A stretch of 64,000 nt of DNA. Source: an uncultured Verrucomicrobiota bacterium. GTDB taxonomy: Bacteria > Verrucomicrobiota > Verrucomicrobiia > Limisphaerales > UBA8199. Positions 44,911-53,290 of the stretch are shown one piece after another (position 1 is the first letter of the stretch; each line of letters opens with the position of its first letter). The position numbers and the translations under genes are program-made. Under the pieces are notes generated by a model, which was given only the letters and a program-made list of their open reading frames with translations, made no database searches and had not been told where the DNA came from. The stretch covers positions 39,858 to 103,857 of the forward strand of contig CAZVYG010000005.1 of NCBI GenBank assembly GCA_964631605.1, given 5' to 3'.

Positions 44911-46293
44911 ATGAAAAACTCAGTTCAGGCGAGTAATCGGGCCGGTCGGCATCAGGCCGGCGGCCCCAGCGTCGAGACGAAGCCGTACCCGGGGCGTGCG
45001 CCGCGCTTGGTCCTCCTCGCCGCAGCCCTCTGCCTCGGACTCAGCGGGGCGCGGGGTGCCGAAACCCGGCCCTATGACGTTCGGGCGTTCGGCGCCAAAG
45101 GGGACGGCAAGACCCTGGACACCGAGGCGGTGCAGAAGGCGTTGACTGCCTGCGCCAAGGCCGGCGGCGGAACGGTGCGGCTGCCCCCAGGGACTTATCT
45201 CTGCCAGCCGCTGACGCTCGGGACCAGGACCACGCTGGTGCTCGAGGAGGGCGCGGTCTTGCTCGCCAGCCCGGACCCCAAACACTTTATGAAGGAGCCC
45301 GGCGATTGGCTCCAGGCCAAGAGCGGCAGCGACTTCATCCCCCTGCTGAGCGGCAAGGACCTCACCGAGCTGACCGTCACGGGCAAGGGGACCATAGACG
45401 GCAACGGCGGGGTTTGGTGGGAAGAGGCGGAGAAGGCGCGGCAGAAGGTCAGCGGTTACACGCTGCCCCGGCCGAACTTGTTTACGTTGCAGCGTTGCCG
45501 CAACGTGAAGCTCAGCGGCATTACACTCCGAAACTCGCCCAAGTTCCATTTCGTGCCGACCGAGTGCGAGGAGGTGGTGGTCGAGGGGGTAACCATCCTC
45601 GCGCCGCCGGGCTCGGCTAACACCGACGGCATTGACCCGAGCAATTGCCGCAACGTGACCATTACCCGCTGCCTGATTGACGTGGGGGACGACAACATCG
45701 CGATCAAGTCCGGCAAAAAGGTGGCCGGCCGGGAATTTGGGTGCGAAAATATCCAAGTCACCGACTGCACCTTCAAGCACGGTCACGGCATGAGCATCGG
45801 CAGCGAAACCATCGGCGGGGTGCGAAATGTCCGGGTCCAAAACTGCTCGTTCGAGGACACCGACAACGGGTTGCGGATCAAGTCGCGCCGCGGCCGCGGG
45901 GGGGTGGTGCAGGACATTGCCTACAGCGATTGCACGCTCAAGAATTGTCATCCCGCCATTTCGATCCTGTGCTACTACCAGGACTCGACCCACGGGAGCT
46001 TTCCCAAGGACGATCCCGCACAGCCCATGACGGAGACGACGCCGGTGTTTCGCAACATCACCATCCGGAACGTCACGGCCAGTTCGACCCGCGAAGCCGG
46101 CGCGATTGCCGGCCTGCCGGAGAGCCCGGTGGAAAATGTTTTGCTCGAGAATGTCACCCTGGCCGGAACCGAGGGGCTGCTCATCGCCAATGCCCGGGGA
46201 GTGACGCTGAAGAATGTGAAGGTGACCGTGCAGAAGGGCGAACCGGTGATTCTGCACCGGGCGCAGGTCACCGGACAACCCGGCAAACCCTGA
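44911..46293 (+). CDS. Glycoside hydrolase family 28 polygalacturonase, secreted
   Basis: FGAKGDGKTLDTEAVQKALTACAKAGGGTVRLPPGTY. Canonical GH28 blocks: NTDGIDPS, DVGDDNIAIKSG, GHGMSIGSE, RIKSRRGRGG. Confidence 0.9.
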   Translation: MKNSVQASNRAGRHQAGGPSVETKPYPGRAPRLVLLAAALCLGLSGARGAETRPYDVRAFGAKGDGKTLDTEAVQKALTACAKAGGGTVRLPPGTYLCQPLTLGTRTTLVLEEGAVLLASPDPKHFMKEPGDWLQAKSGSDFIPLLSGKDLTELTVTGKGTIDGNGGVWWEEAEKARQKVSGYTLPRPNLFTLQRCRNVKLSGITLRNSPKFHFVPTECEEVVVEGVTILAPPGSANTDGIDPSNCRNVTITRCLIDVGDDNIAIKSGKKVAGREFGCENIQVTDCTFKHGHGMSIGSETIGGVRNVRVQNCSFEDTDNGLRIKSRRGRGGVVQDIAYSDCTLKNCHPAISILCYYQDSTHGSFPKDDPAQPMTETTPVFRNITIRNVTASSTREAGAIAGLPESPVENVLLENVTLAGTEGLLIANARGVTLKNVKVTVQKGEPVILHRAQVTGQPGKP

Positions 46294-46329
46294 GCCCGGC
46301 CCGCCGCGCTCCAGCCCGGGCAAATGAAT

Positions 46330-47442
46330 TTAGCGAGCACCGCGCAGGTCCCGCGACGTGGCCAGGGCGATGACCCGCCCTTCGCTCCCCACCGCGCAGT
46401 AGAAATGATAAACCACCCCCTCGTGTTTTAACACCCACGGCTTGTGGGCGTAGGTTTCATCCCACGGCTCCGACGGTTCCACCAAATGCGGGCCCTCCCA
46501 TCGGGTCCAGTGCACCAGATCGCGCGACACGGCGAACGTGTCAAACGCTTTGGGCTTCCAGCCGGCGCCGAAGTAGAACATGACCCAAAGGTCGTTCATC
46601 CGCACAATCTGGGGGTCGCCGCTGATCCCGTTCTGCCTGTCTTCGCCGTTGGCCAGGACACAGTTGGGGCCGAACCGCGACCAGTGCACCATGTCTTTGG
46701 ACAACGCCATGCCGATGCGCTCGTAGCCGTTCTTGACTTTGGCGTTGTAGAACATGACAAAAGGCGCGCCCAGCGACCGCGCGTCGTCGCGGATGATCGT
46801 GCTTTTATAGAGCGTCAGGCGCTCGAACTCGCGCACGTCCGGGTCACAGGGGGTCAGCACGGGGTTTTCTTTGGCGCGGCTCCACTCAACGGCTTGCGTC
46901 GGGTCTCGGGTCCAGGCGATCCCGATCGAGAGCGGGTCCGGTTCGTATCCCTGCCGGGCGCCGCCGAGGTAGGACATCCAGTATTTGCCTTTGTAGCGGC
47001 CCATGCCGGCGCTGCCTCCCCAGCGCGTGTCCACCAGCGCCGCGCCGCCATCCGCCTGCCAGGCGTCCCACCCCTTGCCGGCGAACGACAGAACCTTGCC
47101 CAATGTCCGCCAGTTCACCAAATCCTCACTGCGGGCCAGGAACGTTTCGTAGCCGATCTTGTCGGCAATGGCCACATACAGCATGTACCACGAGCCGTTG
47201 TGGCAAAACAGGCTGGGGCAGTCCACCATTTGGTTGGACGCGCCGCGAAGAACGATGCCGTATTTGTACGGCGTTCTGACTTCCCGATAAACGCGTTCCA
47301 TGGTGGCCGCGTCAATCGCCTCAGCGCCCGGGGCCTCCGCCGGCCGGAAGGCGGCCGCCAACACCAGCAGGAGGATGCGAACCAGACCCTGCGAAAAACA
47401 AATCCGCCGGCCTCGCGGCGAAATCGGCGTCGAGCTTTTCAT
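46330..47442 (-). CDS. Secreted five-bladed beta-propeller glycosidase-like protein (GH43/GH130-clan-like; exact family not resolved)
   Basis: ATG at 47442 gives a signal peptide (LVRILLLVLAAAFRPAEA). Repeated propeller-blade pattern: NGSWYMLYV...SEDLVNW; KYWMSYLG; FVMFYNA...SKDMVHW; LWVMFYFG...SRDLVHW; VVYHFYCAV. The family assignment is tentative. Confidence 0.5.
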   Translation of the reverse strand: MKSSTPISPRGRRICFSQGLVRILLLVLAAAFRPAEAPGAEAIDAATMERVYREVRTPYKYGIVLRGASNQMVDCPSLFCHNGSWYMLYVAIADKIGYETFLARSEDLVNWRTLGKVLSFAGKGWDAWQADGGAALVDTRWGGSAGMGRYKGKYWMSYLGGARQGYEPDPLSIGIAWTRDPTQAVEWSRAKENPVLTPCDPDVREFERLTLYKSTIIRDDARSLGAPFVMFYNAKVKNGYERIGMALSKDMVHWSRFGPNCVLANGEDRQNGISGDPQIVRMNDLWVMFYFGAGWKPKAFDTFAVSRDLVHWTRWEGPHLVEPSEPWDETYAHKPWVLKHEGVVYHFYCAVGSEGRVIALATSRDLRGAR

Positions 47443-47572
47443 GGCGGAAAGACAGCGCTCTGATTTTTCGCGGGAAGGTAGATTCCGCAGTGGGCGGCGG
47501 CAATCGCAAAAGCGGCGGCAAAAGCGGCGGGGGCAAGTCACGGCAGGTTTGACCTGGCGGACCAAACGGGCC

Positions 47573-48439
47573 ATGCTTGGGGTAATTCAAGAACGCATGG
47601 CCAATTCGAAGTCACGGCTGCATCTGCTGGAGCCCTCGCGGCGGGCCCGGCGCCTGTTTTGGCACATGCTCTCGATCGGGTCGGTGACGCTGGACGAGCC
47701 GGACACGCATCTGGGCATGGACAAACCGGGCGCGCATTTGTTCTGGGTGCAGTCCGGGGAGGGAACGCTGCAAGTGCCCGAGAAAGTGTTCGAGTTGCGC
47801 CCGGGCTCTCGCTGCTGGCTGGTGGACATGCGCAAGCCCCGGACCTACGCCCCGCTGCCCGGAAGGCGGCTGGTGAACACGGGGTTTCGTTTTCGCGGTC
47901 CCGAGCTGGAGGCGTGGTGCGAGGAGCTGGGGGACTCGCCCGAGTTTGTCCTGAGCGCGAGCGACTTCGAGGGCTTGCGCAAGACCTTCCGGCAGATGTT
48001 GGCGCTCGCCCGCCGCCGCGCGGAGGATTTTGAATGGCGGATTCATGTGCTGATCACGCAGGTGCTCGGGCGCCTTTTCAAAGCCCGCCATTTGCTGAGC
48101 GCGCCGCCGGTGGACATGCCCAAACCCCTCGCCCGGGCCATTGCCCTGGTCATGGCCGACCCCGCCCGCGACTGGCGGGTGCCGGAACTGGCCGATGCCG
48201 CCGGTTCGAGCCGGTCCGGCCTGCAACGGCTGTTCCGCGAGTTTCAAAAGGAGAGCATTCACGAGTTTCTCCAGCGCACGCGGCTGGACCAGGCCCGGCA
48301 ATTGCTTTGCGACGAGCGGCGTTCGATCAAGGAAGTCTCCGCCAAACTCAACTTCTCGAGCGAGTTCTATTTCAGCCGATTTTTCCGCAAACGGACCGGC
48401 ATGAGCCCCCGCCAGTTCCGCGAAAGCATCCAGGATTAG
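47573..48439 (+). CDS. AraC/XylS-family transcriptional regulator
   Basis: C-terminal double HTH: WRVPELADAAGSSRSGLQRLFREF ... IKEVSAKLNFSSEFYFSRFFRKRTGMSPRQFR. Start is ATG 47573 or 47597. The track ORF start at 47300 overlaps the divergent gene and was rejected. Confidence 0.85.
   Translation: MLGVIQERMANSKSRLHLLEPSRRARRLFWHMLSIGSVTLDEPDTHLGMDKPGAHLFWVQSGEGTLQVPEKVFELRPGSRCWLVDMRKPRTYAPLPGRRLVNTGFRFRGPELEAWCEELGDSPEFVLSASDFEGLRKTFRQMLALARRRAEDFEWRIHVLITQVLGRLFKARHLLSAPPVDMPKPLARAIALVMADPARDWRVPELADAAGSSRSGLQRLFREFQKESIHEFLQRTRLDQARQLLCDERRSIKEVSAKLNFSSEFYFSRFFRKRTGMSPRQFRESIQD
48386..48439 (+). repeat. Left copy of a 54-bp direct repeat (50 bp perfect), equal to the last 54 nt of the AraC gene including its stop
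   Basis: cgcaaacggaccggcatgagcccccgccagttccgcgaaagcatccagga(t)tag is repeated at 50680..50733 with a single t/c difference. Confidence 0.95.
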
Positions 48440-48445
48440 ATGCTC

Positions 48446-48505
48446 CACGGGCGGGACGCCCGTGCCACGGCTTGATGGTTTTGTGGCATGGGCATCCTGC
48501 CCATG
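48446..48505 (+). repeat. Pair of related perfect hairpins (REP-like palindromic units) at the island's left edge
   Basis: cacgggcg-gga-cgcccgtg (48446..48464) and catgggca-tcc-tgcccatg (48487..48505). Each has an 8-bp perfect stem and a 3-nt loop, and the two stems differ at 2 of 8 positions. Confidence 0.7.
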
Positions 48506-48567
48506 GGTTCCAATGGGCGGTGCGCCACTCCCGACATACAGGCAAAAGGCGCGTCGCGGCTGGCCAA

Positions 48568-49170
48568 TCAGCCATGAGGGCGACCCTGTTCATCAACCCC
48601 AAGGCCAACACCACCGTCAGCCTCGATGAGGGCTTTCCCACCCTGGCGAACTTGATCGCGCAGGGCCTCCAGCTCGCCGCCTGCGCTGACATGGATGAAG
48701 CACACCTTGTCGGCGATGGCGGCAACGACCTCGTTCCGACGTTTGGCCAGTTCGGCGGTGACGCGGCGGTGCTTGGCGCCGAACGGGGACAGCAGCAGCA
48801 GCCGTCCGCTTTCCAGGGGGCGCTTCCAGTCCCCAGGCACGCGCAGGTTGGTCAGGCTCCGGGCTGGGCAGATGATGATCGGCTGCTGGCCGCGCAACAG
48901 GATTCTCAGGCACTCCTTCTCAACCGGGGAGTGGAAGCCGCTGATGACCGTCACGCCCTCATCCCGTAGCTTCTTGGCCAGGTCGTATGCCTTGAGAATC
49001 AGGTCGCCGGGGCATCGGGCGGAGCAAAACAGGGCGAGCTTGTCGCCGCGCAGGAGCGCCGGATTGCCCAGCACCGACAGGCGCAAGGGAGTGTCGGGCA
49101 GCAGCGGTGTCCCGCCTGGCTTGACAAGGCCGAGTTCCGCCGCCGAAACCGTCGTCAACTCACTATACAT
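48568..49170 (-). CDS. Stand-alone DprA/Smf-like (SLOG-superfamily Rossmann) protein
   Basis: Collinear with the DprA Rossmann core: LALFCSARCPGDLILKAYDLAKKLRDEGVTVISGFHSPVEKECLRILLRGQQPIIICPARSL ... GRLLLLSPF ... RRNEVVAAIADKVCFIHVSAGG. It lacks the DprA N-terminal SAM and C-terminal wHTH extensions. Confidence 0.65.
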   Translation of the reverse strand: MYSELTTVSAAELGLVKPGGTPLLPDTPLRLSVLGNPALLRGDKLALFCSARCPGDLILKAYDLAKKLRDEGVTVISGFHSPVEKECLRILLRGQQPIIICPARSLTNLRVPGDWKRPLESGRLLLLSPFGAKHRRVTAELAKRRNEVVAAIADKVCFIHVSAGGELEALRDQVRQGGKALIEADGGVGLGVDEQGRPHG

Positions 49171-49396
49171 GGCTGTCCACTCTGCGGCTGAGGGTTCAGA
49201 CCAAAACGACTAAACTCCGGGACGTTCTCTGTGTCAATCAACCGGGCGTTCAGTTCCTTCACCGCATCCGACGACTGGACGACCCCCCTGTTGCGAGGCG
49301 GTTCTGAACCGACATTCGCGTCGTGGATCCCTTCTGCCGGAAGGTTGTTCAACCTCAAGGGTGGAGTGCCGATGGATGATTCCGAGCAGGCGAAAT

Positions 49397-49663
49397 CTAT
49401 GCGGGCGCCACATCCACGCGGGCGGAGAACCCAAGTTGACGCAGCAATTCCTCACAGTCTTCCCACGAAAGGCCAAAGGCACGCACGTCCGCAACCCCAA
49501 GCCGGGAGACCACCCTGGAGAGCGCCGGAGCATCCCCTTCCGAAAATTCTCCGTCCATCATCACGGTTTCGGCCCAATCCACCAACTGCGCCAGCGTCAT
49601 CTCATGGTGAAGATACGCGGCGATCTGGCTGGCCACGGTTTGTTTCGTGATCGTCATAGTCAT
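49397..49663 (-). CDS. Small hypothetical protein (88 aa), downstream member of a tightly spaced two-gene pair
   Basis: ATG-initiated ORF 3 nt after the stop of 49667..49903. Non-repetitive, acidic, helical-looking sequence: TLAQLVDWAETVMMDGEFSEGD...FGLSWEDCEELLRQLGF. No family recognised with confidence. Confidence 0.5.
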   Translation of the reverse strand: MTMTITKQTVASQIAAYLHHEMTLAQLVDWAETVMMDGEFSEGDAPALSRVVSRLGVADVRAFGLSWEDCEELLRQLGFSARVDVAPA

Positions 49664-49666
49664 AGC

Positions 49667-49903
49667 CTACACTTTCTGGTGCCCTTTATCCACCGGATAC
49701 TTTTCATGCACTTCGACCAGCCTGCCCTGTCCATCGTAGATTTCCTGCCAGAATCGAACGGTGGTTTCGTTTGCATCCACTTCCTTGAAATAACAGGCCA
49801 GCCACCCTTGCCGACCCCGAACGTCTTGCCGATAAAGCCGTCCACCGGCGGGCAATTGATCCCACCTCTCAAACTTCCTCTCGTTTTGCGCTCGCGTGCT
49901 CAT
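49667..49903 (-). CDS. Small hypothetical protein (78 aa), upstream member of the pair
   Basis: ATG-initiated ORF with a basic, beta-rich-looking sequence: [55 protein letters not shown]. The pairing resembles a toxin-antitoxin layout, but no family was recognised. Confidence 0.45.
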   Translation of the reverse strand: MSTRAQNERKFERWDQLPAGGRLYRQDVRGRQGWLACYFKEVDANETTVRFWQEIYDGQGRLVEVHEKYPVDKGHQKV

Positions 49904-50378
49904 TCCTCCTCATCTCGATTGGCATCGCTGTTTGTGCCATACTTGATGCCAGGCGTCCTGAAATCCACTCTTTTTTCCGCAACCAGCGCGAGCAGCCACC
50001 CTCGTGCCGCTTCGCTAACGCCAGGCGGCGCAATGCGGCCTCGTCGTCGTTGGTGGGAACGCCAAACGTGAGCTGGGCGCGAAATTCCTCGGCCAAGCGT
50101 TTCTTCAACCGGATCGCAGTCTGGTTGTCGAGGTTGCCATCCTGCTTGACCAGGCTGAAGAAGTCGCGCAACTCCTCCTGGGGCAATCGTTGCATCCCGA
50201 CCAGGAGCCGACACTGGTGCCCCGGCCCGCCGGGCCACGGCTCGATGAATGAATCCAGCGCCTTCCAGCCGCGCAGATTGAAGTAGCCGACGCAGAAGTC
50301 AGACCGCTCCGACAGTTGCAGCGTCTGCTCCAAGGCTGGCAGCAGGCTGGCTTCAATGTTATCGAAAATCCTCGGCAT
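49869..50378 (-). pseudogene. Truncated N-terminal fragment of a PLD-nuclease-domain / SNF2-type helicase (restriction/defence-associated family)
   Basis: The first ~118 aa ([48 protein letters not shown]...[19 protein letters not shown]...[33 protein letters not shown]) match the conserved N-terminus of >1000-aa PLD-helicase proteins as I recall them. The ORF then degenerates and stops before the HxK PLD motif, and it overlaps the next small gene. Confidence 0.6.
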
Positions 50379-50679
50379 GGGGTGTTACGGGTTCGGCGCC
50401 AGCGCCTGGCGGCGGAGGCGGATGATAACCTCTTTTGATGACTTTTTGGTCGCCATAAATCACTGGCACGCGAAGCACTTGTGCCGAGGATTTGTAGGGA
50501 CAATGGTGACCCGGGTCAATCCTGGACTCCTGGATTTCCCGCGCGGCTTTCGATTTGCGGGAGGCCGCCGGGTGGTGCTTGGCGAACCGCCTGCCGGTTT
50601 TCAAGGAAGGCCGGGCCGCGCGCGGCGCATGACCGGATCAAGCCTCTGATTCGAAAACGATTCAGGCTGGGAACTCAGA

Positions 50680-50733
50680 CGCAAACGGACCGGCATGAGC
50701 CCCCGCCAGTTCCGCGAAAGCATCCAGGACTAG
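50680..50733 (+). repeat. Right copy of the 54-bp direct repeat (orphan duplicate of the AraC 3' end)
   Basis: See 48386..48439. Upstream of this copy the AraC reading frame hits a stop at 50647-50649 and similarity to the AraC gene is lost immediately 5' of the repeat, so it is a fragment and not a second gene. Confidence 0.95.
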
Positions 50734-50913
50734 CCCCCGCCGCCGCAGACCGTTTTCACAAAACATTGGGCCGGTTTGTCCATGTCCCTTTGGCCCGGTT
50801 CGGGAGAAGTTGAGTGCGTGTCCAGAAGCCGAAAGCCACCGGCCGGCCTGATGCCGGGTCGAAGGTGAAGGGCGGCCGCGGGAATGAACGGCTCGCCGGA
50901 TTCTGGATGGTGA

Positions 50914-52185
50914 ATGAACACGGGTCTGCACCTGCCAGTTGATCAAGGCGTGGGTTTGCCGAATCGTGCCGCTCCGGCTGAAGTTCCGGCCTGGAGTGAG
51001 CCCGGCCGGCATGTCCAGGGCGCAGCCGTCTGCCCGGAAATCAAGCCGATCACCCTTCGGCACCCCGGGCGAATCGCTTTCGGCAGAGGCTCGAGTCTCG
51101 AGCTGGCCGCCAGCCTCGCCGAGCGCGGGGTACGGAGACCTTTCGTTGTGCTTGACCCCGAAGCGCGCGAGGCTGCCCGCCCGGCGCTGGAGCAGCTCCA
51201 AGCCGCCGGGATGGAGCTCTCCATTTGCGACGGCATTGACCGGGAGCCCACCGTCGCGATGTTCGAGGCCTGCCTTGCGCGCGCGCGCGGGGCGGCTCCG
51301 GATGGGGTCGTGGGGATCGGGGGCGGCAGCGCGATGGATGTGGCCAAGCTGGCGGCCGCGCTGCTCGACAGCGGGCAATCCGTCGCCGAGGTTTTCGGCC
51401 TCAACACCCTGCGCCGGCGCAAGACGTTTCTGGCCTGTGTTCCCACCACCGCCGGCACGGGCAGCGAAGTTTCCCCCAACGCCATTCTGCTGGAGCCATC
51501 CAGCCATTTGAAAAAAGGCGTGATCAGCCCGCACCTGGTGCCAGACGTGGCGTGTGTGGACCCGCTGTTGACGTTGTCGGTGCCACCCTCGACAACGGCG
51601 GCCACGGGACTGGACGCGTTGACTCACTGCATCGAAGCGTATGCGAACCGGTTTGCGCACCCGATCGTGGACCTCTACGCGATCCAAGGCATCACCCTGA
51701 TTTCCGCAAGCCTGGCGGCCGCTGTGGAGAACGGAAAGGACGTGGGGGCCAGGACGCGCCTGGCGCTGGGCAGCCTCTACGGTGGGCTTTGTCTCGGGCC
51801 GGTCAACACGGCCGCGGTGCATGCGCTGGCCTATCCCTTGGGCAGCCGGTTCGGGGTGCCACATGGATTGTCCAACGCCCTGCTGCTGCCTCATGTCTTG
51901 CGGTTCAACCTGCCGTCGGCCGTCGAGCGCTACGCTCAAGTGGCGCTGGCGCTGGGAGCTTCGCCCGCCGACACCCCGTCAGCCACGGCTGAACGGGGCC
52001 TCGACCGCCTCGACCGGCTCCTGGCGCATTGCCCCATCCCCCGCCGGTTGTCCGCGCTGGGAGTTCCCCGCGAGGCCCTGCCCGAGCTGGCGGCGGCGGC
52101 AATGACCGTTACCCGGCTCCTCAAGAACAACCCCCGTCCGGTTTCCGAGCCGGACGCACTGGAGATTTACCATGCCGCGTGGTGA
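50914..52185 (+). CDS. Iron-containing (group III) alcohol dehydrogenase family oxidoreductase
   Basis: GIGGGSAMDVAKLAA, VPTTAGTGSEVS, GLDALTHCIEAY, AVHALAYPLG..FGVPHGLSNALLLPHV. The start is uncertain: ATG 50914, or internal GTG 50950 / TTG 50956. Confidence 0.85.
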   Translation: MNTGLHLPVDQGVGLPNRAAPAEVPAWSEPGRHVQGAAVCPEIKPITLRHPGRIAFGRGSSLELAASLAERGVRRPFVVLDPEAREAARPALEQLQAAGMELSICDGIDREPTVAMFEACLARARGAAPDGVVGIGGGSAMDVAKLAAALLDSGQSVAEVFGLNTLRRRKTFLACVPTTAGTGSEVSPNAILLEPSSHLKKGVISPHLVPDVACVDPLLTLSVPPSTTAATGLDALTHCIEAYANRFAHPIVDLYAIQGITLISASLAAAVENGKDVGARTRLALGSLYGGLCLGPVNTAAVHALAYPLGSRFGVPHGLSNALLLPHVLRFNLPSAVERYAQVALALGASPADTPSATAERGLDRLDRLLAHCPIPRRLSALGVPREALPELAAAAMTVTRLLKNNPRPVSEPDALEIYHAAW

Positions 52186-53206
52186 CCCGGGAGCTTCCAA
52201 TCCCCGCGAGCACCGGGGCGTAATCGTTCCCATGGTGACCCCGGTCACGGCGGAGGGCATGCTGGATGAAGCGGCCGCCGGGCGGATTTTGGATTATCTC
52301 GCCGCAGGGGGCGTGCATGGTGTGTTCCTCTTTGGCACGACCGGGGAAGGCCCCAACATTCCCAAGGCGGTCCGCGACCGCCTGGTGCGGCTGGCCCTCG
52401 AGCGGGTTGACGGGCGGCTCCTGGTTTACGCGGGCATCAGCTCGGACAGCCTGCCGGAGTCGGTCGCGGCGGGAAACGATTACCTGCGGCTGGGCGTGGA
52501 CGCCGTGGTTGCGCATGTGCCCGGGCATTTCGAGAAGAATCCCCAGGCGGCCCTCAGTTTCTATGCGGACCTCGCGCACCAATTGGAGGGGGGATTGATC
52601 CTGTACAACATGCCGCTGACGACCAATGTGTCGCTGCCGATCGAGTTGTGCAAAACCACCGCCTGCCGGCCGCGGGTGATCGGAATCAAAGACTCCGAAA
52701 ACGACCTCGAACGGATGGTCGAGCTGCTGCGGGAACTGGGCGGCAAGCAGGATTTTTCAGTCTTTATCGGCACCGGGCCGTTGATGGCCAAGGGCCTGCT
52801 GCTGGGCGCCGAAGGGATTGTCCCCAGTGTGGGCAACCTGGCGCCGGCCTTGTGCCGGAAAATGTATGATTCCGCCGTTGGCGGCAACGCGGTCGAGGCC
52901 GAAAAGCTGCACTTGGAAATCATGGGCATCGCGGCGATTTACCAAGAGGGCCGCAAGCTCGAGGAATCGCTGGCGGCCTTAAAAGCGGCGATGTCGTGGC
53001 TCGGCCTTTGCCGCGCCTACACGCTGCCTCCCCTCCAGCCGTTGTCGCAATTCGAGTCGCTGCTGCTGCGTGACAAATTGGCCGCAATGGGTTTTCCTGT
53101 CCGGGACAGGCCTCCGGATGAGATGCAAGAAACCAACTGGCAGGGTCCCGGCCGGCGCGGCTGGAGTCGGGCCGCCGCGGCGCCCTCAAGCCCCCAGCAA
53201 GCCTGA
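52172..53206 (+). CDS. DapA/N-acetylneuraminate-lyase-family class I aldolase (substrate unknown)
   Basis: GVIVPMVTP, FLFGTTGEG (GTTGE motif), YNMP, and the Schiff-base lysine context VIGIKDS. 14-nt overlap with the Fe-ADH gene. Confidence 0.8.
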   Translation: MPRGDPGASNPREHRGVIVPMVTPVTAEGMLDEAAAGRILDYLAAGGVHGVFLFGTTGEGPNIPKAVRDRLVRLALERVDGRLLVYAGISSDSLPESVAAGNDYLRLGVDAVVAHVPGHFEKNPQAALSFYADLAHQLEGGLILYNMPLTTNVSLPIELCKTTACRPRVIGIKDSENDLERMVELLRELGGKQDFSVFIGTGPLMAKGLLLGAEGIVPSVGNLAPALCRKMYDSAVGGNAVEAEKLHLEIMGIAAIYQEGRKLEESLAALKAAMSWLGLCRAYTLPPLQPLSQFESLLLRDKLAAMGFPVRDRPPDEMQETNWQGPGRRGWSRAAAAPSSPQQA

Positions 53207-53290
53207 CCTTTTCAGTTTCAGCCCAAGCCAACCTTGGGCCCCGCGCATGTTGCCAGCGGCAAGCTGCGCCGCTTTTGCAGGCGCCCCCCT

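Larger units (their letters stand above)
48440..50679. mobile_element. 2.2-kb inserted island (probable decayed integrative element or defence-island remnant) bounded by the 54-bp direct repeats
   Basis: att-like duplication of a gene 3' end on both flanks. All cargo is on the strand opposite to the flanking genes and is functionally unrelated to them. One cargo gene is truncated. No integrase or transposase is present in the segment. Confidence 0.6.

Noticed and set aside
50359-50604. 81-aa minus-strand ORF upstream of the PLD-helicase fragment
   Set aside because: Proline- and basic-rich with no recognisable fold or motif. It overlaps the fragment's start region, so it is probably non-coding island DNA.
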